From NCBI RefSeq assembly GCF_963921235.1, contig NC_086097.1, forward strand, positions 110,114,001 through 110,178,000: a stretch of DNA of 64,000 bases, given 5' to 3'. The translations under genes were made by a program, and so were the position numbers. The notes beneath the pieces were generated by a model. The model had not been told where the DNA came from, searched no databases, and worked only from the letters and a program-made list of their open reading frames with translations. This stretch comes from Mobula hypostoma (lineage: Eukaryota). Positions 48,291 to 61,515 of the stretch are shown one piece after another; position 1 is the stretch's first letter; each line of letters starts with the position of its first letter.

Positions 48291-50292
48291 TTTTTTTAAT
48301 CATCATATACGTTGGTGCATCACTATCAAGATGTTTTTTTTACACATTTCATGTTCACCTCTTTTCTATTTTGTTCATGCAGTGTATGAGGAGAAGCCTC
48401 AGTTTCTTCTCACTTCTGCACCAGGACACCAATTTATTTGGCTGGACGGTGGACACCAGGAGTCGGAAGACACTGGAATTAGAAGTAGCCGATGGAAAAG
48501 TGAAGTGGATGGGAGGCGAATCATAATGGTCACAGCATGCCTTGCACCTGACATTACAAAGTGACATTATGAGAATGGGGAAATTAAGAAAACCTGAATC
48601 AACAAAACTGCTAATATGTGGAGTGGTCCTTTCAGTCTAGAGTCTCCAATTTCCACTTACCTGTCTGCAAGCTTAAATCCTCCATCTAAAGCCAAAGTCA
48701 AGATTTATTATCAAGCTATGTATATATTACCATATACTACCTTGAGATTAAATTTCTTCTAGTCATTTACAGGAAAATAACAATATACAATAGAATTTAT
48801 GAAAACTATACATAAACGAAGACTAGCAAACAAGGTGCAAAAGAAAACACCTTGTGCAAATAAAAACTGAATAATACTGAGAAAATAAGTTAAAACTGGT
48901 TGCCGGCAGTACCAGTACAGAAACACTTTCTAAAGTACTTGTTCAAGAGTTAAGTACATTAACAAACATGCCTTGCTTGCTTGAAAAGTGCCTGATCAGG
49001 CTGTAGCCAGCTGTGGAGCTACCTCGTGAGGTTGCTGATCTCAGGAACGTGGTCCTTTAAATAATACCTAAATGAAGAAATTTTTATGCCATGCTCCGAA
49101 TTTTCCCGTGACTGTTCAGCAATAGCTGTTTTCTAAAATTGTGAGCTCCAGTTTATGGTGGGAGATGTTGAAATGTATTACATGAAAATTAACGTCATGT
49201 GGACTGTGACAGGAATTGGTTGGCTCAGTTTCATAATCAGCACAATTCACAATTTTCTCTCTCAGTATCTTTTTATTTGAGATCAAATTGATAGCATTGT
49301 ATCAAAAGGGAAAGGAGCTATGCAATTCACCTCAATGTGCTCTTTTTCTCTCCTACTGCTCACCTCTAAGTGCCTGCATTTTCAATATAACCATTCAACT
49401 CTCTTTCAAGTTATGTAAAAATTTCTGCCCTTCACAGTTATCACTAGGAGAGGAAAAGCAAACTTTAATGGATTCTTCCTGATGATGAAATGCTAGTCAT
49501 CACCAACATCCCTAATTTTTCCAAGAGTTTCATTTATAGGGTGAGGGACAATTTTGGCTGCAGTAGTGAACCCTAGCTGACTAGGAATATTAATGCACTG
49601 ATCAGGAAAAAGAGGCATATGTCAGCTATACGCAGCTGAATCAAACGATTTCCTTGGTGAATATAATATATGGAGGAGTACACTTAAAGAAACCTGGAGG
49701 GAAAAAGGTGGATGAAAGAGACTCTTGGCAGAATATTTGGGGATGTCAAAATGTGGTGGTTTGCGTCTCATGGTAAAATCTTTATGCTGCTCAGACTTAG
49801 CAGTCTTAGACCATAAGGCCATAAGACCATAAGAGATAGGAGCAGAATTAGGCCATTCGGCCCATTATGTCTGCTCCACCATTTCAACAGCAACAGGACT
49901 TTCAAATAGGGTTGCCAGCTTTCTCACTCCCAAATAAGGGACAAAAGGTGACGTGCCATGGTGGTGTGGGTATGGTGCAGGCCCGGGATGAAGTGACTGA
50001 GGGGGCTGGCAGCTAGCAGATGGTAACAGGGACCTTTTTCAAGAGAGAGAGAGAGAGAGAGAGAAACACAACAACCCAGAGTAGCTAAACAAATCCATTA
50101 TATGAACCATGTATACATATCTTCAGTGTTATACATGAAATGCAACACCAAATTATAACAAAGCATAATACAGAACATAATCTGGCTACCTGTCAGACAT
50201 GAAATAGCACCAAATAACCCTATCTGTATGTGCCTATAGAGTAGACATATAATCACTGCAAAAGAGGAAAAGGCGGGGGGGGCTCACCAAGT

Positions 50293-52717
50293 CTACTGTT
50301 TCCATGGATAGTTCTTGCTGCTCTTGACTGATTCAAGCAGTCCTTTGTCCTTTTGCACGGCCAGAGAGAAGTCCTTACATGACAAGTCACAGTTCACAGA
50401 TATTTGAAGTTCATTTTTGATCAGCTCTGTGCTGCATCTGTTTCTTGAGTCTGACCATTTCATAGTCATCAAAGAGAAGATTCTCTCTACAAGGGTATTT
50501 GAGCCTGGCTCACTGAGGACAAATGAGACAATCCTGAACATGTTGATCAAGTTGGCTTTCCCTATGTTTTGGAAAACTGCCACCCACTTCTCACTGGTGG
50601 ATTTTGTGGTATCCTGTCTGGCTTTCCGTATTTCCTCCCGGCTAGCACAGAACTCTGCATAGAGTTAGTCCATATTGACTGTCTCTGTCATTTTGAGGGC
50701 AGCCACCACCTGCTCCAGGTCAGTGAAAGAGAGCTCCTCATAGAGTCCTATCGGTTTCAGTTTCATCATTACATTTTCTGGTGAGAAATCAAACCACTTG
50801 TCAATGTATGTAATGACAGAGTCATAGAACTTCACAAAGTCCTGTTGCTGCTTCGACCTTTGTGCTGGCACTTTCTTGTCCATCAGCTGCTTGGTCTGAT
50901 ATCCAAAAAGGCTGTCTTGTTTCTGCTGAAGCATCTTTATTTTGAACTTTTGGACTTCTTCGTAAACATCTGTGATACAATGTTTTGTTTCCTCCAGCTT
51001 TTTTATCAGTTGGTCAAAAAACACACCCCACGTTGTGGAAAAAGCACAGATAAATTTCAGTAGCTCCAGTTTTTTCTTCATCCTCACAAATCCTCTTCAG
51101 TGCCACAGGACAGGTCTCAAGGGACATGAAGTATGACGCAAGAGCTGGCCAGCTTTGCAGGAGACGTTCGACAGCTGGATGAAGAGAGAGCCATTGTGTG
51201 CAAACATGACGCAGAATTTCACACCGCTCAATGTCAACAAAGGCAAAAAATGAACACAGTTGCTCTCTTTGGGAAGCAGATATTGAGAAGTGGCTGTAGA
51301 CCTTTAGAACAATTGTCTCAATGTCCACTGACAGCTGATCACAGGTGTGCTTGCAGGCGTTATGAGCTATGTGAGCTGGGCAATTAGCTTTCAGTTTGCG
51401 ATTGTTGGCACTGCTCAATAACAGGTAAACTGAGTTGTGTTTTCCAAAGTTTACATTGGCATTATCTGCTGCATAGGCTGTGATGTGTCTAATATCCAGT
51501 TCATACTTTTCCAGACAGCTCATCCGAGCTTAGAAAATAGGTGCAGGAGTAAGCCATTCGGCCCTTCGAGCCTGCACTGCCATTCAGTATGATCATGACT
51601 GATCATCCAATCCAGAACCCTGTACCAGCCTTCCCTCCATACCCCCGATCCCTTTAGCCACAAGAGCCATATCTAACTCCCTCTTAAGTATAGCCAATGA
51701 ACTGGTCTCAACTGTTTCCTGTGGCAGAGAATTCCACAGATTCACCACTCTCTGTGTGAAGAAGTTTTTCCTAATCTCGGTCCTAAAAGGCTTCCCCTCT
51801 ATCCTCAAACTGTGACCCCTTGTTCTGGACTTCCCCAACATCGGGAACAATCTTCCTGCATCTAGCCTGTCAATCCCTTTAGGATTTTATACGTTTCAAT
51901 AAGATCCCTCCTCAATCTTCTAAATTAAGAAGATCTTTGAATATAAGCCTAGTTCATCCAGTCTTTCATCATATGAAAGTCCTGCCATCCCAGGAATCAA
52001 TCTGGTGAACCTTCTTTGTACTCCCTCTATGGCAAGGATGTCTTTCCTCAGATTAGCTTGATGTATGCCATTTGCAATTTCATCACTGTCTTCATAAAAG
52101 TCAAGTAACTTTCACTGCACTCCATCAGACACAGAGAAATATCTCACGCACACTGGAAACATTTTTCTATCTCCCTTGTTTGAGGCATCGGTGGCAACTG
52201 AGAAATACGTGGGCTCCGCGGGCTCACCTTCTTCAGTCTGGGACAGATCATCCATAATATCCCGCACAGTCTTTGGTCCTAAAACAGTCATTGTAATCAT
52301 CTCAGCTTTCGTTCTTCCCAAGTGCATCTTCTTCATAACATTTGAGTCCTTAAACAAAGCACAGTTGAGCTTAGCAAGACAGTCGGTGCTGTTGTAGCTG
52401 AGTCCGTGTTTAACCGTATGGTACACATACAAGGCTTCACTTGCCGTGATTTTGTCATTTTCCGCAGAGGATTTCACGAAGAATGCACCAATATTGCTTG
52501 CACCTTTAGCTAGTGTGGCCTTCTTGTGCACTTCTGTGGAAGCATGCTGAGTTAGGTCATTCTCACCTCCACGGCCAATTGAGAATTCCCGAAGGCATAA
52601 AGTACAGAAGACCTTTGTTGACTTCGAGTCACCGCTGACGGACTTAACCCACGTCTTTTTTGCTTCCCATTGCTTGTTATAACTGCATAGTCTTTTCGTT
52701 TTTGGTGGTTTATCCAT
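50293..52717 (-). pseudogene. hAT transposase (~630 aa when reconstructed)
   Basis: N-terminal zinc finger (CTLC..H..H), catalytic-like FSVATDASN, YAADNANVN, CPAH, RHVCTQWLS and the dimerisation region PGSNTLVERIFS. Stops at 52112-52114 and 50665-50667, a frameshift near 51025, and a CR1 insertion at 51532-52054. Removing the insert restores GIHQARMSCLEK in frame. Confidence 0.92.
51532..52054 (-). mobile_element. Young CR1 3' fragment inside the hAT transposase
   Basis: Matches 24639-25158; AGCTT duplicated at 51527-51531 and 52055-52059. Confidence 0.92.
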
Positions 52718-53584
52718 ATTGGCACATGCCAAACCGACCGAACAGCACCAGACGTTACTGAAACTTTTTGTTTTGGCGGGAATTGGCAAAATATAGCACA
52801 CAACTGATGCGCAAATGGCAACTGATGCCTATGATTGGCTGATAGGTGAATCACTCGTGCGTGGCGTCAACAGCACATGCAACACGCACACCCGCTGTTG
52901 TATCAGATCTAGGATCTGTCTGTAAGCGTGCCCTCTGGTGATTACAGAGTAGTAGCAGTCAAATACGGGACAAGGGCGATCCCATACGGGACAAACCAAT
53001 TTAGCCCAATATACGGGATATCCGGCTAATAGGGGATCCGGCTAATCTGGCTAATAATCTGTAACTTTTCACGCCCTGTAAAATAAAGAGCCTATCGAAC
53101 CTCCATCTTAGATACACCAAATGACCTGGCCTCCTTGACTGCCTGTGACACAGATTCATCAACTTCTGGCTAAAGAAATTCCTCTTCATCTCCATTCTAA
53201 ATGGACAACCCTCTATTCTGATACTGTGCCCTCTGGTCCTAGACTTCCCCACCATAGGAACATTCTCTCCACATCCACTATAGGCATTTCAACATTCAAT
53301 AGACTTCAATGAGATGCCCTCTCATTCTTCTAAATTCCAGCCAGTAAAGGCCCAAGGCCATCAATCCCTGCTCATATGATAAACCTTTCATTCCCAGAAT
53401 TATTTTTGTGAACCTCCTTGGAACCCTCTCTAATGTCAGCAAATTCTTTTTATAAAAGGGACCAATAAATGCTCACAGTACTCCAAGTGAGGCCTCACCA
53501 GTGCCTTATAAAGCTTCAGCATTACGTCATTATATTATATATACACATATGTATATAAAATATTACATTCTAGTCTAAGAAATA

Positions 53585-55810
53585 ACAAGTTTGTTATACC
53601 AGTGCATCCCTACACATTTGTTATACCCGTGCATCAGAACAAGTAATTTATATCGGTGCATCTGCACAAGCTTGCTAAATCAGTGCGTCTGTGCAAGTTT
53701 CTTTACCAGTGCACCTGTACAAGTTTATTCTACCAGTGCATCTGTAGAAAATTGTTATACCAGCAGATCTGTACAAGATTGTCATACCCCTGCATCTATA
53801 CAAGATTTTTATATTGGTGCCCCTGTAGAAGTTTGTTATCCCCCTGCATCTGCACAAGTCTGTTATGTCAGTGCATCTGTACAAGTTTGTTATACAACTG
53901 CATCAAGTTTGTTGTACTGGTGTATCAGAACAAGTATGTTACACATCTGTATCTGCACAAGCTTGTTAAACTGATGCATCTGTACAAGTTTCTTTACCAG
54001 TGCTTTTGTACAAGTATGTTGTACCGGTGTGTCAGTACAGGTTTGTTATACAACTGCATCTGCACAAGCTTGTTGAACCTGTGCATCTGTAAACGTTTGT
54101 TATATTGGTGCTTCTGTATAAGTTTATTATACCGGTGCATCTCTACAAGTTTGTCAAAGTGTGCATCTTTATGAGTTTCTTATACCCCTCCTTCTGTACA
54201 AAATTGTGATATCAGTGCAGCAGTACAAGTTAATTATACTCCTGCATCTACACAAGTGTGTTATACCCCTGCATCTATACAATTATACATGTTCACCTGA
54301 ACAAGTTGTTGTCCTGGTGTATCTCTACAACTTCGTTATACTGGGGCATGTGCACAACCTGTGCATCTCTGCAAGTTTGTTGTAACAGAGCAACTGAAGA
54401 AATTTACTACATTGGTGCACCTGTACAAATTTGTGTACTGGGGAACTAGTACAAGGTTCTTATGCTGGTGTATATGTATAGGTTTGTTACACATACCCCT
54501 GCATCTGTACAAGTTTGTTAGACCAGTGGAACTGTACAACTTTGCTATACCAATGCATCTGTACAAGTTTGTTACACGCCTGTATCTGTACAATTTTTTT
54601 ATACTGGTGCAATTCTACAAGTTTGTCATTGCACTGCATCTACACAAGTTTGTTCTACCCCTGTATCAGCACAATTTTGTTATACTGGTGCATCTGTACA
54701 AGGTTGAGGTACCAGTGCATCTGTACAAGTTTGTTATACCAGTGACCTGAAACAAATATGTTAAACAGCTGATTCTGTGTAAGTTTGTGATAAACCTCCA
54801 TCTAGACAAGTTTGTTACACCCCTGCATCTGCACAAGATTGTTTTAGCCCTGTACAGTATCTGTACAAATTTCTTATAGCTCTGCATCTGCACAGCTTTG
54901 TTATACCCCTGTATCAGCAGAATTTTGCCACTCAGGGCTATGCACTAAGCCCCCTCCTTAACTCTCTGTATACCCATGTCTGTGTCACCACCCACAGCTC
55001 CAATCTGCTAATTAAATTTGCTGAGGAGACTACACTGATTGGCCTAATCTCAAATAATAATGTGGCATCTTACAGAGAAGTCATCACCCTGACACAGTGG
55101 TATCAAGAAAATAACCTCCCCCTCAATGTCGCAAAAACAAAGGTGCTGGTTGTGGACTACAGGAGGAATGGAGTCAGGCAAACCCCTACTGACATCAATG
55201 GATCTGGGGTTGAGAGCGTGAACAGCTTTAAACTCCTCGGCAAAAACATCACCGAGGATCTCATGTGGTCTGTACTTACTGACTGTGTGGTGATAAAGGC
55301 ACAACAGTGCCTCTTTCACCTCAGACAGTTTTAGAAGTTTGGTACAAGTCCCCAAATCCTAAGGACTTTCTACAGGGGCACAGTTGACAGCATCCTGACT
55401 GGCTGCATCACTGCCTAGTATGCGAACAGTACTTCCCTCAGTTGCAGGATTCTACAGAGTGTAGTGCAGACAGTCCAGCGCATCCGTAGATGTGAACCTC
55501 CCACTATTCAGGACATTTATATGAAGGATGTAAGTAATAAAGTTAATTTAATTCAGTTCTGTGAAACCAGTACACCTGTACAATGTTGTTGTACCAGTCC
55601 ATTTGTACAAGTTTATTATACTGGTGATCCCATGCAAATATGTGCGTTTGTGATAAACCTGTATCTGCAAGTATGTTTTACCAGTGTTCCTGCACAAGTT
55701 TATTTTACCGGTGCACCTGTACAAGTTTGTTATACTGGTGAATCTGTACAAGTCTGGGATAAACCTGCATCTGTACAAGTTTGTGATACCTCAGCATGAG
55801 CACAATTTTG
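53585..55810. repeat. 27-bp satellite, old diverged layer
   Basis: Approximate consensus tacaagtttgttataccagtgcatctg with heavily mutated units; interrupted at ~54929-55557. Confidence 0.9.
54929..55557 (+). mobile_element. Rex1/Babar fragment inserted in the satellite
   Basis: Closely matches 28740-29320 joined to 29621-29655 (internal deletion after 'caggacattta'). Confidence 0.85.
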
Positions 55811-55875
55811 TTCTTTCTTTTCTTTTTAAATCTTTTGATTAATTTTCCAAAATTATAAACAGAATAACAGTATTG

Positions 55876-56729
55876 TGTCATGTGTGAAGCCAAGCAGAGC
55901 TGCAGAACGGATGATGTTAATGAGAGAGATAACAAGAGACAACGGAGAGCCATTCAAAATGCTAATAAGAGAGAAGAGAGAGATAACGAGAGAGAGACAC
56001 ATAATTCAGTATGTTGGCGTCTGCCACAGACCGTTTGCTTTGAACCTGAACTGTTCATTAACAATCCTGCTGAGACAATAGAAAGTGTGAAGTTTGATGA
56101 ACAGGTGATATCCCATCAGGAGGATAAAAATAGTGGGTTTGCTAAGGCACGACACATGCCATGAGTCCCTGGAAAGAGCATTGTGCCCCACAAGTTGGTG
56201 GAAGTTTGGAGGACTGATTCGCGGGAATCGGCCAGAAGCTCACAGGGTGTAAAGGTACAACCAGTGAGGACCTGTTGTCTGTCCGCCCTTGCCTGGGTGC
56301 CGGGTTCACCACGGAAGAACGGTCGCATCCGGAACGTAAGGGTCACAGTCGGTGACCACAGCGGGGTCAAAAGGCATCGAAAGGTTTACCTGAAACCTCA
56401 ACTGTATCTCTCACTCTCTCTCTCTCTCTCTCCAATGGTACAACAACAGCAATTACTTCAAACTACACTAGACTGAACTGAACTCTGCTTCACCTTAAGA
56501 CTGATCATTTTACCCCTAGACTGCAATACAGCTTGGTTGATTCCTATCACCCTATTTCTGTGTATATGTGGATACTATCATTGCTAACCTGTTACATTTA
56601 TATCCTTGTGGTTAGCGTACTGTATTACTTATCTTTGTTAATAAAATTTTCTTAGTTTCTAGTAATCACAGACTCCAACGAGTGTTCCATTTCTGCTGGT
56701 TTGACAACCCAGTTACGGGGTACGTAACA
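55876..56729 (+). repeat. 5' LTR (854 bp)
   Basis: TGTCA...GTAACA; AATAAA at 56640-56645; direct repeat of 61516-62368. Confidence 0.96.
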
Positions 56730-56733
56730 TAAG

Positions 56734-56752
56734 TGGGGATCTCGTCCGGGAT
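56734..56752 (+). promoter_or_regulatory. Primer binding site, tRNA-Pro-like
   Basis: TGGGGATCTCGTCCGGGAT, 4 nt after the LTR, versus the canonical tRNA-Pro site TGGGGGCTCGTCCGGGAT; similarity extends into TTTGAAC. Confidence 0.85.
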
Positions 56753-56827
56753 TTTGAACGCCAAAATTGGGACTGGCTAAAATTGATTGGGTTAAATTCA
56801 CGAATAAAAAAAGGGCAAACAGCAGAA

Positions 56828-59800
56828 ATGGAGATTGAGGAATTTCTAAAGGCGCCAACCTTGGAGGCATTAGGGGATGCCAAGAAAGCAGAATTGGCGA
56901 CTGTTGCAAAATGGTTGAATCTTTTGAAGGGGAGGCAGACAATAAGGAGAGCTGAGATGCACAGAGCCATTGTTGAGTATTATGTATCTAAAGATGTGTT
57001 TCCCCATGGGGAGCTGGAGGTGGCGTCTATAAGCAAACCTGGTGGGGAGGCGGTGCAGCTGCAGATGGAAAGATTAAGGCTCGAGCATGAGTTCCGAGTA
57101 AAGCAGCTAGAAAGGGAAGAGAGAGAAAAGCAGCTAGGACAGGAAGAGAGAGAGAAGCAGCTAGAAAGGGAGGAAAGAGAGAAGGAAAGGGAGGAAAGAG
57201 AGAAGGAAAGGGAGTTTGAGCTGGAGAAGTTAAAGATAACGTGAGAGGGGGGCCAAATGCCGGACCAAGGTGGAGGGTTCAGGGCGACCCAGGAGGTTAG
57301 GTTGGTTCCCCCATTTGAGGAGGCCAATGTTGATTGGTACTTTCTACATTTCGAAAAAGTCGCTGCAAGTCAGGACTGGCCGAGGGATAAGTGGGCTGTT
57401 CTGCTCCAGAGCGTGCTTAAGGGGAAGGCTCAGCAAGCTTACTCAGTGTTGTCAGCAGAAGATGCACAGAGGTATGTTGTGGTAAAAGAGGCGATACTCA
57501 GGATTTATGAGTTGGTCCCGGAGGCATACCGGCAAAGGTTCTGGAATGTGAGGAAGCAGTGGGGCTGCACGTATTTAGTTTGCCCGTGAGATGCAAATGT
57601 ATGGTGAGCGTTGGTGTGTCTCGAAAGGGGTCACTGGGGATTATGACAAACTGCTACAGCTAATACTGATTGAGCAATTTAAAGGTCGTGTCCCTGAAGG
57701 TATGAGGCCCTATCTAGATGAGAAGGAGGCAGAAACCTTAGCTGCAACCGCTAAGTTAGTGGATGAGTACGCGTTAACACACAAAGCAAAGTTTACCCCG
57801 AGTAAAAGCTACCAGAAGGGTAGAGAGGGCGGAGAGAGTCCGCCGGAAAAGCCAGAAAGTAAGCTGGGGACTAGTGAGAAGGATAAGGAAGACAGGAAGC
57901 AGTTTGGGAGGAAGTCTCCTGGGGTCGTATGCTATAATTGTGGGAAAGACGGTCACATTGCGTCCAGGTGTTTTGCCCCAAAGAAGGAGATGGGGAAAGG
58001 AAAAACGACAACTCCGACTGGTTGTATTGAGCCAAAACAAACCGCTAGGGAAGAAGAGGTCTGATAGAGTTCAGGAAGGGCGCGAGAAGTTTACTTTGGC
58101 TGGATTGGTGTCGGTGAAGGAGGGGTCAACCCCAGTTCCAGTATGGATCTGGAGAGACACTAAGGCTTGTCAATCATTGATCTTAAGGAGGGTGTTAGAA
58201 TTCAGTGCAGAGACCAAGACTGGGGAGATCAGTGTGATAAAAGGCATTGGGAAGGGGACTGAAACAGTACCTTTGCATCAGATATACCTAAAAAGTGACT
58301 TGGTCTCCGGACCGGTCACGATAGGGGTGAGGTCCGAATTACCATTGGAAGACGTGGAGGTCTTACTCGGTAATGACCTTGCAGGTGGAAATGTGTACCC
58401 AGCAGTAAAGCTGACGAGCAAGCCTTCCAGGACTGAGGACCCGCCCATGGATTCACAGGTTTATCCCGCTAGCGCAGTTACTCGACACATGTCCAGAAAG
58501 GCTGCCGAAGTGAATATAGATTTAGCTGAGACGTTTTTACCAACCTTGTACCAGGAGGGGTTAGAAAGTGAGAAGAAGGAGCATAGTGGAGCGGAAGGAA
58601 GTGAGGGAGTTGCGATAGATTTATCATTAGCGAGGAAGGAATTTATACAGGCACAGGAACGAGATGAGGAGCTGATGGTTTTGACGGAGACAGCTCTCTC
58701 TGAAGCAGAAATAAAAAGGGAACCAGTGGGCTATTATGTGAAGGAGGGAGTACTGATGAGGAAGTGGAGACCAAGTACCGTGCCCGCAGATGAGGAGTGG
58801 GGGGTGGTACACCAGGTGGTAGTGCTGAAAATTTATAGAGACGAGATTTTTAACCTGGCCTACAAGGTACCCCTCGGTGGACATTTTGGGGTGAGGAAAA
58901 CAGTCGATAGAATTATGAAAGAGTTTTACTGGCCGAACATGAGGAAGGATATTATTGAGTATTGTAGACGGTGTCACACCTGTCAGGTGGTAGGTAACTC
59001 GAACCAGGTCCTGCCTAAAGCGCCCCTTCGACCGATACCCGCTTTCAGGGAACTCTTTTCCCAAATAATTGTGGATTTTGCCGGTTCCCTGCCCAGAATT
59101 GCAAGTGGGCGAGTGTATGTGATGAGTACGATGTGTGCCTCTGCCAGGTTTTCGAGGTTGTGCCCCTGGAAAGCATCAAGGCTCCCGCAGTGGTAAAGGC
59201 GCTTGTGAAATTTTTCACTACAGTGGGGCTGCCCAGGGAAATCCAGTCAGATCAGGGGAGTGTCTTCACATCTCACACATTCCGACGGATGTTGGATGAG
59301 ATGGGAGCAAAGCAGATTTTGGCCTCCGTGTACCACCCAGAGTCCCAAAGGGCGTTGGAACGATTCCACGCAACATTAATGACCATGATTAAAATTTATT
59401 GTCGAGAGAACTCTAGGGACTGGCATGATGCCTTGCCTCTTCTGGTATTTGCCGTAAGGGATACGGTTCAGGAGTCATTGGGGTTCAGCCCATTCAAGCT
59501 CATCTTCGGTCATAGGCCCAGAAGACCTCTGACCTTACTGAAAGAGCAATGGTCCAGCCCAACAGTACAAGTCAATGTGATTGATCATGTTTTAAAATTT
59601 CCTGAGAGGCTTAAAAGGATCTGTGACCTTCTCAAAGAAAATCTACGAGACTCCCAAACAAAAATGAAACAGTGGTATGATAGACAAGCCCGAGAGCAAG
59701 TGTTTCAAGTGGGCAATAGGGTCTTAGCTCTGTTTCCAGTGGTAACCAGCCCCCTCCAGGTGAGATTCCACGGTCCGTACAAAGTGATTAAAAAGATAGA

Positions 59801-61409
59801 CTCTTTGAATTATGTTATTGAAACGCCAGACAGACGTAAGCCGACACAATTAGTGCATATTAATATGCTGAAAGCTTACCACGATGAGAAAGCAGATCCA
59901 GTCGGTGCTTTCACAAAAATGAATGAGGATGTGACGCCAAATGATAAGGGGAAAACACGTCTTGAAAAGATGAACATGGTGCCGACCAGATTGGAGTACT
60001 CTATGGTTTTGGCCAACTTTGCTGATAATGTCTCTCACTTAACCCCTGAACAGAGTGAGCCGCTGATAAAGCTAATTAATGGGCATGCAGATGTATGTCC
60101 AGATGTCCCAAGGCGATGCAAGGGGACGGTACATGATGTTATTGTTACATCAGATCAGCCTATTAAGCAACACTCCTATAGGATGAACTTGGAGAAGGGC
60201 AAGCTAGTGGAGAAAGAAATTGAACACATGCTAGCCACAGGTATTATTAGGCCATCCAAATCGGAATGGGCCTCTCCCTGTGTGGTTGTCCCGAAACCCG
60301 ATGGGAGCATACGATTCTGTACAGACTACAGAAAGGTGAACGCCATCACAAAAACTGATGCTTATCCTATCCCGAGGGCAGACGATTGCATCGATAAAAT
60401 GGGGAGGGCTAAGTACATCACAAAGATCGATTTGCTGAAAGGGTACTGGTGTGTTCCTTTAACCAACTGGGCGAGAGAAATCTCAGCATTTGTCACTCCA
60501 TCCGGGTTATACAAGTATAATGTTTTACCTTTGGTATGAAGAACACCCCAGGGACCTTCCGAAGGATGATTAATTCAGTGATAAAAGGGTTAAAGAACGC
60601 AGAAGCGTATATTGACGATTTGGTGGTCTGGAATGACACGTGAAAGGAGCACATTGTGGCAGTAGAGGAACTGTTTAAACGGCTGTCTGAAGCCAACCTG
60701 ACAGTGAACTTCGCGAAAAGTGAGTTCGGCCACGCTAAGGTCACATATCTGGGGTATGTGGTAGGACAAGGGCTGCTGGCACCGATGCAGGCTAAGGTTC
60801 AGGCTATCTCTGAAGTTCCCATCCCGACAGACAAGAGGGCCCTGAAAAGGTTTTTGGGGATGGTGGGGTACTATCAGAAGTTTTGTAAAAACTTTGAGGA
60901 TATTACCCTCCCTCTTACTAAGCTCTTGCTGAAGAATGAGAAGTTTGTGTGGAATGACCTTTGTCAACAAGCCTTCAAGAGTCTGAAGGCTATACTGTGT
61001 CACCACCCTGTATTGAGTGCGCCAGACTTTTCAAAACCCTTCTCCCTAGCAACAGATGCTAGCGGCGAAGCAACAGGGGCGGTGCTGTTGCAGACAGACA
61101 AGGAGGGAATTGAACACCCAGTGGCTTATTTTTCTAAGAAGTTTAATGTCCATCAGAGAAATTATTCACTGTGGAGAAGGAATTACTGGCAATCATTTTG
61201 GCATTACAACATTTTGAGGTTTATATTTGTCCGGCACGGAAACCACTGATAGTTTACACTGATCACAATCCATTAGTGTTTTTGACCACAATGAAGGATA
61301 AAAACAAACACTTGTTAAGTTGGAGTCTGGTATTACAGGAATTTGATATAAAAATAAAACATGTAAAAGGAAATGACAATGTGATTGCTGATTGTCTGTC
61401 CAGGTGTTA
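56828..61409 (+). pseudogene. gag-pol polyprotein, disrupted
   Basis: Gag: MEIEEFL.., coiled-coil KQLEREERE repeats, LVPPFEE..YFLHFEK, SCAN-like LILIEQFK..AAT.KLVDEY, CCHC knuckle CYNCGKDGHIASRC. Protease: RDTKACQSLI (DTG>DTK). Integrase: GHFG..CHTC, IVDF, SDQG, HPESQRALERFH. RT: WASP..PKPDGSIRFCTDYRKVN, YIDD at 60608-60619. RNase H: TDAS, EKELLA, TDH, ADCLSR. Frameshifts near 57245, 57580, 58040, 59155, 60530 and 61170; stop near 60641. Confidence 0.93.
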
Positions 61410-61515
61410 AAATTTAAAGTTCTCTGTATTAGCCAAATAGCTGATGACTACCTGTATATTAGTGTGTATTTTATAATGTGCATTCATGCCCGTAATTTTT
61501 ACCCCCCGGTGGGGG

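Larger units (their letters stand above)
49907..53036 (-). mobile_element. hAT DNA transposon (Blackjack-like), formerly autonomous, one TIR lost
   Basis: TIR TAGGGTTGCCA at 49907; subterminal GGGAC-rich repeats at 52960-53036 match the MITE at 27740; transposase pseudogene inside; sits within a minus-strand CR1 fragment (49810-49887 and 53060-53525). Confidence 0.88.

Noticed and set aside
48361..48564. Acceptor-like site and short ORF in unique sequence
   Set aside because: No recognisable homology and no clear donor site.
55875..56476. Short ORFs duplicated at 61392-62019
   Set aside because: They lie within the LTRs, are duplicated for that reason, and their stops differ between the two copies.
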